A stretch of DNA of 64,000 bases, taken from contig OX597820.1 in assembly GCA_951406725.2 (NCBI GenBank), positions 122,884,001 through 122,948,000 of the forward strand, in the 5' to 3' direction. Position 1 is the first letter of the stretch; every line of letters begins with the position of its first letter. Both the position numbers and the translations under genes were made by a program. Under the pieces are notes generated by a model, which saw only the letters and a list, made by a program, of their open reading frames with translations, was not told the DNA's origin and searched no databases. This document shows, one piece after another, positions 53,256 to 64,000 of this stretch. Origin of the DNA: Octopus vulgaris. Lineage: Eukaryota.

Positions 53256-55907
53256 CAAAAGAAGAAGTGCAGAGATTTTGGAATAAAATCTGGGCAGAAG
53301 AAAAAACACACAACGAAAAGGCCCCCTGGATTGACAGAATATCTACAGAACTGGACCCCTTAGAAGAGCAAAAGTGGGAGGGTGTCAAGGTAGAAGATAT
53401 AAGATCTGCTCTCAGGAGGTCAAGCAAATGGAAGTCTCCAGGAAAGGATAAAATTCCTAACTTCTGGCTGAATGCCTTCCCAGAGAGCCATGAACTGCTA
53501 ACAGAACTGTACAATGATGTTTTGCAACACCCTAGTAGGATGCCTCCTTGGCTAGTTAATGGGTTAACATTCCTGCTTCCAAAAAGTGAAGAAACAAATG
53601 AACCAAAAAACTATAGACCCATAACCTGCTTAACAACTATGTACAAAACACTAACATCTGTCCTGACGGAATATACCTATAGTTTTTTAACAGACAGCAG
53701 CATATTCCCTAATGAACAGAAAGGATGTAAACGTGGATCCTACGGCTGTAAAGACCAACTACTCATCAATAAGATGATCTTAGAAGATTGTCACAAACGA
53801 CACAAAAACTTATCAATAGCCTGGATAGACTATAAAAAGGCTTTTGATAGCCTACCACATAGCTGGATTAGGAAATGCCTTGAAATGTATAAGATAGCAC
53901 CAACTCTGCGAAACTTCTTGACTGTAAGTATGAGATCATGGAGAACCACACTAACTCTGAACAGTGACAGTGAATCCCTAAATGCTGGTGATGTAAAAAT
54001 TTCGTGTGGCATTTTCCAGGGTGACTCACTGTCACCACTCCTCTTTTGTTTATCCTTAATACCTCTCTCAAAGCTGCTCAATGATGCGCAGTACGGGTAT
54101 AAAATGTTTGATAAAAATATAAATCATCTCGTTTACATGGATGATTTAAAGCTTTTTGCAAAAAAATGATCAACAACTCAAGGGCTTACTAGCGATAGTC
54201 AAACAATTCAGTGACGACATCAGAATGCAATTCGGCCTCGATAAATGTGCAAAGGCTACCTTTATCAAAGGAAAAATGACAGAAACATCTAACGTTAACC
54301 TTGACCAACAGAATGTCATAAAAGAACTAGACCCAGCGGAGAGCTACAAGTACCTAGGGATAATTGAAGGGAACGGAATAAGGCATTCAGAGATGAAGGA
54401 AAGGATCAGGAGAGAATGCTATCGAAGAGTGAGAGCAATACTCAAGACAGAGCTGAATGCAAGAAACAGGATCGAAGCAATCAATGCATTAGCTATACCA
54501 GTCGTGACTTACAGTTTCAATATTGTTAACTGGTCAATTACTGAAATATGTCAGCTCGACAGAAAAATAAGGAAACTGTTGACAATGCATAGAATGCACC
54601 ACCCTAAGGCAGATACAGAACGACTCTATCTGCCAAGAAAAGAGGGAGGCCGTGGTCTTTTGCAACTGGCAATAACAATGAAGATTGCTACAATTGGCCT
54701 AGACACCTACCTGAAAAACTCTGAGGACTGGATGTTAAAACTTGTCTCAAAACATGAAAACAAGAAAGTATCATACTCAGTCACAAAACAGGCAAAGGAA
54801 TATCTAAGTGAATTCCGAATACAACCAATTTCGGAATTAGAGATAGATATACAAGAAACAAGCACAGAAAAAGCTAGGCGCATGAAAACCCGTGCCAAAA
54901 CTGCGGCCTTAGATATCCTGAATAATAAATGGCAAGAAAAACCTCTCTATGGCAAATACCCAAAGAGAGCGAATAATGCAGATATCGACAAAGCCCTGAC
55001 CCATCAATGGCTAATGGCCTCTGGCTTAAAATCTGAAACAGAGGGGTTTATCATAGCAGCTCAAGATCAATGCCCACCAACAAGAAACTACCAGGCCAAC
55101 ATATTAAAGATCAGAAGCAGTCCAACCTGTCGTGTATGCAAGCAACAAAATGAAACCATTGACCATGTGGTCTCCAAGTGCAGTCTTCTAGCGCCTACAG
55201 AGTATCTCAACAGGCACGATAGAGCTGCACAATATATTCACTGGGTAATCTGTAAAAACCTGGATTTGCCCCATGAAAAAACTGGTGGGAACACAAACCA
55301 CCCCCAGTGCTTGAAAATGACCACATCTCACTCCTCTGGAACTTCACCATTCAAACTGACAGGAAGATAGATGCAAATAGGCCAGACATCATATTGAAAG
55401 ACTTCAAACAAAGAACATGCCTCCTCATTGATATGACTGTCCCAATCGATATAAACGTATCTGTCAAGACCTACCAAAAACTGAGCAAATATAAAGATCT
55501 TGAAATAGAAATCAGCAAAATGTGGAAGCTGAAGACTAAAACAATACCTGTTGTCATAGGTGCCCTGGGAATGATAGCAAAAGGGGCTGATAGCTACCTA
55601 ACTCAGATACCAGGAAACCCAAAAATGGCAGAAGTTCAAAATATAGTGCTCATGGGAACTGCTCATATCCTACGCAAAATACTCTCTATGTAATCTCAAG
55701 GTTTAAAACAAACATAATTTTCGGTTTAAAAAAAAAAAAAAAAAACACCTTTTTTTTAGACATTCATTAGTACAACATCCCCACCCCCCAAATATATGGC
55801 ACACTAGGCATAACAACAACATGAACTTCCAACCCTGTTGTCTCTTGAGGTCTCTGGGTGAGACTTGGAGCCAACTTGTACAAATATAAAGCAAAAGTCA
55901 AACATAG
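53256..55907 (+). mobile_element. Dong/R4-clade LINE (5'-truncated): RT, CCHC and restriction-like endonuclease
   Basis: SPGKD, NYRPITCL, WIDYKKAFDSLPH, GIFQGDSLSPLLF, YMDDLK, CRVC..ETIDHVVSKC, RHD, RPDII..IDMTVP..KYKDL. Only two frameshifts, at homopolymer runs. Flanked by (TAA)n. Confidence 0.95.
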
Positions 55908-55926
55908 AATAATAATAATAATAATA

Positions 55927-55984
<58 letters not shown>

Positions 55985-56070
55985 TAATAATAATAGTAAT
56001 GATAATAATAGTGATAATAATAATAGTAATAATAATAATAATAGTAATAATAATAATAATAGTAATAATA

Positions 56071-56257
56071 GACAAATACATAACAAAAACACCAGGACTT
56101 ACAAACACATATAACATACAGAAAATTGCACACATCCTACGCAGAACACTTTCCATACAATAACCATCAGAGCATCACAACAAATCACAGCACATACCCA
56201 AGGCACACAGAGCTGCGCTCGGTAGTGAAGTGAAAGCACGCTATAAAAATAAAACTA

Positions 56258-56260
<3 letters not shown>
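56071..56260 (+). mobile_element. Dong/R4 subfamily B 3' end in (TAA)n
   Basis: Reverse complement of 7077-7285. Confidence 0.9.
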
Positions 56261-56328
<68 letters not shown>

Positions 56329-56968
56329 TGATGATGATGATTTTCGTACAAGGCTAGTAATGTCAGTAGAAGCGGTAATTCATTTACCACGGCTCAGTAT
56401 ATAACTGCTACTTATTTCATCGACCCCGAAAAGATGAAGGACAAAAACGACCCCAAAGGAATTTAAACTCAGAAGCTCAATGAAAACAACAACAGCAATA
56501 ATGATCCCTTCTACTAAAGGCACAAGGCCTGAAATTTCGTGGGAGGGGGCCAGTCGATCAGATCGAGCCCAGTACGCAATGTGATGACAGAAGAAATACC
56601 GCAAAACATTTCGCCCGGCGTGCTAACGATTGTACCAACTCGCCGCCTTGACCCCATTTAAGATCCCTACGTAGACAACATATAAAAGAAGAGTTTCTAA
56701 GATAAAATTTCACACATTTTGTTAGCTATGCACAAAATATGAGAACAAATTGCTTTTAGTTTACAGGTTTTTCTGATTCCTTAATTTTTGACTTCCAATT
56801 CTTAGTATTTGATAACATGGATATTCACATTAAAACCGGTAATATTTTATAAAATGTCACTCAATGTAACAGATATGAAACAATTTTTTAACATACTTTC
56901 ATGCTGTTTTCACCTTTATTTTTAATATACATGCATACATACATACATGCATGCATATATATATATAT

Positions 56969-57040
<72 letters not shown>

Positions 57041-57171
57041 TTTCAGCAAAATTTAAATTCAAATGAATATGGTACTTAAGTTAGATGCACCAGAATTTTG
57101 TATGGTATTATCCATATAAATCCACGGGGTGATTACAATCAAAATAAGCAACAAGAATATCTACGGTAATT

Positions 57172-57255
57172 TGGTACGATCGTTTCACGCTACATCATTT
57201 TATTAAACATTGTAAGTATTACAACAGTTTTAAAATGTTGAGCAATCATCAGCCA
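57172..57255 (-). ncRNA. Type I hammerhead-like motif with long helix II (PLE inverted pLTR)
   Basis: TGG-CTGATGA-[long stem CAACATTTTA..TTGTAA tac TTACAA..TAAAATGATG]-GAAAC-gatc-GTA-CCA. Confidence 0.65.
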
Positions 57256-57329
57256 TTTATAGAGGTTTTCCATCAATACATATACTTATTTTCATGTTAA
57301 TTGATAACATTATAAAGAGGGTAGATATA

Positions 57330-57670
57330 TAGACAGAGATGTTGATTTGAGAGTTATAGTAATAGCTTTCTTTAATACGGTTGTTTGGTGGATCTAAAAC
57401 AACGTTTAAACAATCATTTTCCCTCCTTTAGGCTTAAACACAAGGCAGGGTGCACAACACTGTCCAGTAAAATTTGGGAACTGAAAAGAAATAATATAGA
57501 ATTTGACCTGAAATAGGATATAGTAAGGAAGGCACGGCCTTATAGAAATAGTAGAGATGGTAGTGAACTTTGTTCTATGGAAACATTTTAAAACAAGAAT
57601 AATATAAATTTGTTAAATAACCGTTCTGAACTAGGTGGTCTTGCATACATCGCACAACCCGTACGTTTAA
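57330..57670 (+). mobile_element. Penelope-like GIY-YIG C-terminal remnant
   Basis: LKQRLNNHFPSFR..TTLSSKIWELK..IEFDLK*DIVRKARPY..LCSME..LLNNRSEL. Confidence 0.8.
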
Positions 57671-58371
57671 ATATTTTAAATAATAATATTGTGATCATTC
57701 CTAAATTTCCAAATTCTAATTCTTTATAACTAAATAAGAATGAATATACTATACTAGCTTTTATTCAACATGCACAGATTACTAAAGAACTTCATTGCAT
57801 ATTTCGAATTAAATTCTCTTTTTTTTTTCTGTTTATCTCCTATATTAAATAGTAAAAATTCTATGTCTCTAAGGAAACTACTCAGTTCATCTCGATTACC
57901 TCACTTCTATTTTTTATTATATCATTAACCCCGGATATTTTTACCTAACTGATTAGTTTTTTCTCCGCGCGTAGTAAATATTATGTCTAACATTCTTTAA
58001 CTTAATTCATTAATAACAATTCACCATCTACTAAATCGAAGAAAATTACTCATCTTGATTACTCCTCTTCCGCTTTTTGTAATATATATCATTGACCGCT
58101 AATATATTCACTTAATTAATAAGACTTTTGTCCACGGTTATTGAGTATTATGCCTACTCATAATAAATTATAGGTTTTTTCTCCAAAATTAAGTCTTCTT
58201 GATACAAAATCTGTTTGCCAAATAGCAATAAATAGCATCTAAGACAATATAATCCCCTTTCCACTTTAATTTCTTTAGGAATAACTTCTAACATTTATTT
58301 CACCCCTGCCTACTTCTATAAATAGAAAATCTCTTTTGTCTCCATTCAACAGAATATCCCTCCCAATATAT

Positions 58372-58646
58372 ATTTCAACCAATCACTGTCGTCTATTGAG
58401 GTAAAAAACATTCTGTGCCGTATGAATATGTTCCTCGTTTAAGAAACAGATTGGGTTTATTTACATTTGTGAAGAAAAAAGATACCCTTCCCCCACCCCT
58501 AACCCTAACCCTAACCCTAGCCCTAACCCTAACCCTAACCCTAAAACAGATTGACATGTAATAGATCGATACCAGGGTCTTAATTATTGGTGACAATTTC
58601 ATATGACACCGCTAGAAAAAACTGCCGTTCAAACCGAAAAGATCCG
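58372..58646 (+). mobile_element. MITE with internal (CCCTAA)n, copy 3 (partial)
   Basis: Matches 33575-33836. About 7 telomeric hexamers at 58497-58543. Confidence 0.85.
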
Positions 58647-59379
58647 AGAAATCTTCTATTCGATCACACGATCTATTAGAATCAGTACCCACATTTTCAT
58701 GAAACAACGCTCTAACGGCTTAAAAAGAGAAGGAAGTATTGGACATAGATGCGATGGTCAGGACGGGACTGTTTTTGATCTTATGTCTGCTGGGAGAAGA
58801 TTGATCTGATGCTAAAAAACAACAACACAATATTGTAACATCCGTCTCTCTATCTACTTTACATGCACGATTCTTTATCATATTCTACTTAACATCATCT
58901 TAAAACTCGGCATTTTGTATTGTACTTGTCACTTAGTTTTAAGATTATCGGAAAAATCTGCTCTCAGATTCACAAACAACGACACACCTTCCACTTGGAG
59001 GTCATATAACCGGGGGACATACTTCTCTGACGACTTATTATGTCTGGGAAAACGTATCTCTTTTAACCCCGAGGTGAAATAAACTGCTTAACAAATAATT
59101 CTAGATGTGGCTTTGCAGTAGACCATCTCTTTCTTCTTTTCTTTCCTACCATATTTCTTCGTCTCCTCTCTGCTACTTCTTAAAATCGCTTTTACCTTAT
59201 CTTTCGCTCATTTATTCTCAGACAACAAAAGAAATGACTCTTGTATCTTCTCTCTTCACCCATACATACATTTAAAATTTTACAACGTACATATACATAG
59301 ATACATACATACACATATAAAATTCAAATATATACATTTATGCACACATATGCCTATGCATACACAATCATTTATAAGC

Positions 59380-59805
59380 GCAGGTTTCGCTGTACGGATA
59401 AGCAGCTTACTTTGCCACTATGTTGTTTCGGGTTCGGTCCCATTGTGCGCCACCTTGAACAAGTGTCCCCTACCATAATCCCAGCTAATTCACGCCCTGT
59501 GAGTGAATTTGACGAAGAGAAAATGTGTGGAAGTCTGTCGTAAACATAAGCGTTTGAGTGAGTGTGCGTGTGTGCATGTACATATGCATGTGTGCGTCTC
59601 TTTGCTTATGTTTGTGTTTGTGTACCGCTTCGCTTGAAAACGATTTTGGCTTGTTTACATCTCTGAAACTTAGCAGTTAGAAAACAAGAACAATAGAACA
59701 ATTACTAGCGTTAAGATATAAGAACAGGTGGCGAATTGTTCGACTAAACCCATCTAAGCTTTGTCCCAGTACAGCTGCAGTCCAGTCATTAAAACAAGTA
59801 AAATT
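59380..59805 (+). mobile_element. Very degenerate SINE family C
   Basis: GGGTTCGGTCCCATTGTG..ACCTTGAACAAGTGTC..TGCAGTCCAGTCATTAAAACAAGTAAAA. Confidence 0.6.
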
Positions 59806-60872
59806 CAAAGATAATATGTGTGTGTGGCAAAGGCGGGGGTAGATTACACGTGATCGTTATTTCACATTCCAAGTCGAAGTTCTCCTTTTACAATTTAAGA
59901 GCAGGAATTCGTAACAAAATATTAAATGAACTAAGGTGACTCTTATCTTCTGAAGTTACAACTGAAATGATCGGTTATGCCACACTTCGTCGGAAGACTT
60001 TGTACACGTGATCAACAGCTCTGCCAAAACCAGGATCTTCCATTGTAATGTAATGCTAATAATATACTCTGAGAGCCGTACGATGCACTGCTTTGGGATG
60101 AATATAAGCAATACCTCTATTACTGGATATTTTAAAGAACAAAAGGAACATTACTATCAAAACGTCTGCGTAGCACAAAATGAAGGTGCTCAGTATAAGT
60201 GCTTGAAGCGGAAATTATCTTGTGTTATGGTAGAGGCTAGGAACACTACACATGTGATTATTTATCCAGAAGCAGTGAAAATTGAATAAAATTTTCGGCC
60301 TGCTGCTGATTGTGGATTAATACCCATAGCATTAATTGTCAGTGCACTAAGGTGCAATAATAAAGAGAGACAATTTTCTAAACCGAAGATTTTCAGGAAC
60401 GGAGAGCGAGCACCTAACACACACTTTACAAATACAATCTACAACTGGATCAAGATATGCAACACTTTTCTAAAGTTTAGCTTTTAACGCCTAAGCTTTA
60501 TGCTGTCAAAATAGAGGTTGAATTTTTGTTCGAAGCTAGTTTTTCTCTTGTAACAAGAATTTAAATACTTTGAAAAAAAAGGCGTTATATTTATGAATAT
60601 AAGTATATCTGTAGGAAGGTAGGGATGTAGTATATGCATATAAATATGTGTGTATGTGTTATATATGTATATGTGGTTGGAATTTACAAAAAAATACATT
60701 GGCTAAACAGTCGATGATGTCGCGAGAATCTGGCGGACTGTGTATAAATTATCCATTACCGACCGGAGCAGTCCTAGTAACGAGTGTTAATTATAACACA
60801 AAACTTAACTTCGATGTGTTGTTCATGAAGCCGTAGAATGCGACAAACATCCCAAGAAATCATCTGGTGTCC

Positions 60873-61019
<147 letters not shown>

Positions 61020-61413
61020 CTAGCAGTATCGCCCGGCATTGCTCGGGTTTGTAAGGGAAATAACTATATAAGCATTTTTAGAGATGTAAAGTATAATAGC
61101 CATCTCTATATGGCTAACCACAAAGGGGGGGGTGTTACTGTAGCTTTTAACGTTCTGAGATTTAATAATAAATTTTTAGAGAGTTACTTCCCTTCTATAT
61201 GCCAAAATGCATTAAAAATGGAAAAAATTCATGGTAAAGTTTTTAAAATCGTAGGCTCATCGTAGACGCGCGCTAGTACCCAGAAGGGCTCGATATGAAT
61301 CACGACTATAAGATACCCGGTTTTGGTTAAACTGCACCGCAATATGTGGGAGTAGTTAGGAATCTAAATCGTAGGAGACAGACAGCACACAACCTCACTT
61401 TTATATATAAAGA
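61020..61413 (-). mobile_element. Complete non-autonomous Helitron (longer variant)
   Basis: Reverse complement of 51251-51552 with an ~85-bp extra segment. TC...hairpin...CTAG ends, inserted at A|T. Confidence 0.9.
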
Positions 61414-62879
61414 TATATATAAATATATATATATGTATATATATATGTATATAAATATATATATATAAAAAGTGTGTTTGTAAATATATATATATGTCTA
61501 CCAACACACACACATATATGCATGTATATACACTAATATATATGCGTATGTGCGTGTATACATATATGCACTCACACATATACACACACAGCATGTAATA
61601 TCGATGCATACATCCATTCATGGCTTTCTACTTTAGCACTTATATAATAAGCCGTTATTCTGTATTTTAGCACTAAAATCAAATTTACAATATTATTGTA
61701 ATGCTTCGAATATCCTTCGGGAATTCACAATATAAACCATTTCAAATGCCCACAATTACAATTTTATATGTGTGAGCATTTTAATATGTGACTGTGATTG
61801 CGTGCGTGTGCGCTTGCCTTTATCTATATGAGGATATATCAGTTAAAAACGAGAATTTATATCATTATTTTGATTTTCTTCCTGAGTAGCTAGCGAAGCC
61901 ACATGTGTCTATTTGATAAGTTTAGAAAGCTTTAAGTCATAATACATTAAATAAGAAACTATAGTGTGTGATCAGCTCTTCAAACAAATAAGTACATTTT
62001 CTGCTAGAATTGTTATTGTCTGGCGAATATAAACAATTTTCTTCTGATTTTACAAATGATTTGATTTTGAAAATGATCCAAGGGACTTAGACTTAATGCG
62101 ACTGTGATAAAGATCAGAGGAAAATAATATCAAATAAATATAATGCAATCTATGTATAGATACATTGATTAGGAAGATCTTAGTTTATATTAGCTTTTAG
62201 AGTGAGAGTAATTGCGATCGTGCAAAGGACACTGCAATGCCGGCAGTGAACTATGATTTGATAACTAATTCCACAAGAGCTATGGAATACCTCTACTAAA
62301 TTCCATTTTGCTTTTAGTTTCGGCACTGCAGTATTTCAATTCAAACCCACTTGAGAACAAGTTTCATTTTCATGATTCTGACGTAGCATATAGTTGCATA
62401 AATACAATCAAACGCTTCTGTCTGTTGGTTGCTCTAAGTAACAATGATAGACCAGGAGTAATGGCTCTCGATTGCTGGAGTTTCAGTGGAAGTGCCACGG
62501 TTTCCAAATCTTGTTTGTTACAGCTTCATTAAGGAAACGTTGGATTTTCCAATGACGATTTTAAAGACTTTTATCTGCTTCTTTTTTTATCTTGTCCGTA
62601 ATTTACGACTATGAAAGTGATAATGAAATTCAAATTAGTTATGGACAAAGTAAAATATAAGGTCATATATGCGCGCACCTGTGTTGTAACTGAATCAAAT
62701 AGTTCGTTTTGTTGTTATGTAGTCCAGCACTCACTCGCTTACCTGTCTCCTGTAATCACCTATACTCTATCCCTAACTCCAAAACACACACACACACACT
62801 TTAATATCTTTACAAACTACCACTGCACCTCGTCCTTTTTCTTGGTAGCTGTGGTGTGTGCGAGAGATTCGAAATAAAG

Positions 62880-63200
62880 GCACCTACCTTCTCTTCGCTC
62901 AGAGGGAGACCTTTCAGCGGTAATGGATCCTTCAACGCAGCTCGACCAGAACACTAGAAATATCAGCTGCTTTTCCCCTACCTTAACAACGTGCTCACAC
63001 GTCTTACTCGCTCGGCGACCTCGATCGAAAAGGCCGATTCCTGCCCTGCCTGCGCGCGCGTCATCCCTGTCCCTTCCGGTCAGCCCCAAGTTCCGGTCAG
63101 CTCCCCAGCTGCTGACGTCATCCCACAGTAGCATAAGTGACAGCAACTACATCGGTGGCAGAGAGACTAGGAAGGTCACAGGCACAGCCTGATTTTCTCG
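62880..63200 (-). promoter_or_regulatory. Probable CpG-rich promoter and first exon of a minus-strand host gene
   Basis: GC/CpG-rich island. TGACGTCA (CRE) at 63113-63120, twin TTCCGGTCAGC (ETS core) at 63074 and 63091, GCGCGCGC. Minus-strand donors AAG|GTAGGT (62888) and AAG|GTAGGG (62982). Confidence 0.45.
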
Positions 63201-64000
63201 ACTAAAACCAATTGAAAAGATCAACCCTTCTTAAGCTCTCTTATAACCACAGGTACTCTCGCTGTGACCAGTCTCTACTTTTTCATGCTTAGTGAATAAA
63301 ATACTGAATGATTTAATATGTTCTTCACTATTCAAAGCAGTAGAGTATGGTTGGAAGAGACTTGGCTGTTATTTCTATCAGAGTAAGTCACAATATGAGA
63401 GTCTGCTTCGTAGTATTTAGTATTGGGTTATGGAATGTATGGCAGAGCAAAGTTAGTTCCATCTGAGCTGAGGACAGAGATGCGTTACAGCTGTAATAAT
63501 ATAGTTCTTACTAATGTTAGTCTATATTTCCATCGCCAATTGGTTCCACCCATTTAAGGAATACGTATAACTACGACTAATATTTCTCACTCTCAAAAAA
63601 CTACCAGGTGCATTCATTCATTCAAAGATATCAGCTGTTGATTAACTTCCAATCTGCCATGATAGACTACACGGTGGAGTTTCAACAGAAACCATTCCAT
63701 ATTTTTATATATATGGGTCTACATTATTATTTCTATTCTTCCATTCGTTGAGATGACAGTTTGTGACTTAAAAACCGTTCGGTTACTATTTCTTGCTGAT
63801 CTAGTGACTGCTTAGAAAGAGTTTGTTGAGGCAAATGTTGACATTTCGCTAACTCACAAACTTTCCATCATATTCATCCAAAAATATTTAAAACTGCTAT
63901 TTTATGATGATTTGCACAACATATATTGAATTCAAAGATGAAATATTTGTTTTAATTTAACACTCTCAATGGAGTCGATATCTAAGGCGGGGTAGTGGGA

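Noticed and set aside
58497-58543. Telomere or chromosome-fusion scar
   Set aside because: The tract is internal to a MITE present three times in the window.
60008-60289. Possible RTE-LINE remnant (KTRIFHCNV..IYSES); similar weak hint at 5114-5440
   Set aside because: Too degraded to support without a database search.

Overview
AT-rich, microsatellite-dense animal genomic DNA. The repeat repertoire (tRNA-derived SINE families, Dong/R4 and CR1-type LINEs, (TA)n/(TAA)n tracts, TTAGGG tracts) looks like Octopus/cephalopod DNA; this is an inference. I find no intact host protein-coding gene, and most ORF-track entries are translations of microsatellites. The window is a patchwork of mobile-element remnants: four SINE families, CR1-like and Dong/R4 LINEs, Penelope-like (PLE) RT and GIY-YIG remnants, Helitrons, a Tc1, a Gypsy, and MITEs. 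A probable CpG-rich promoter/first exon of a minus-strand gene lies at about 62.9-63.2 kb. The most notable signals, all read by eye, are: (i) about seven type I hammerhead ribozyme motifs, one inside a ~333-bp tandem monomer (retrozyme-like) and two in apparently circularly permuted copies of a second family; (ii) an ORF1-only, Tx1-like retroposon that appears to have inserted twice at the same site, immediately 5' of the catalytic core of one hammerhead; (iii) a SINE and its probable partner LINE sharing a 3' tail within the window. Coordinates of degraded elements are approximate.
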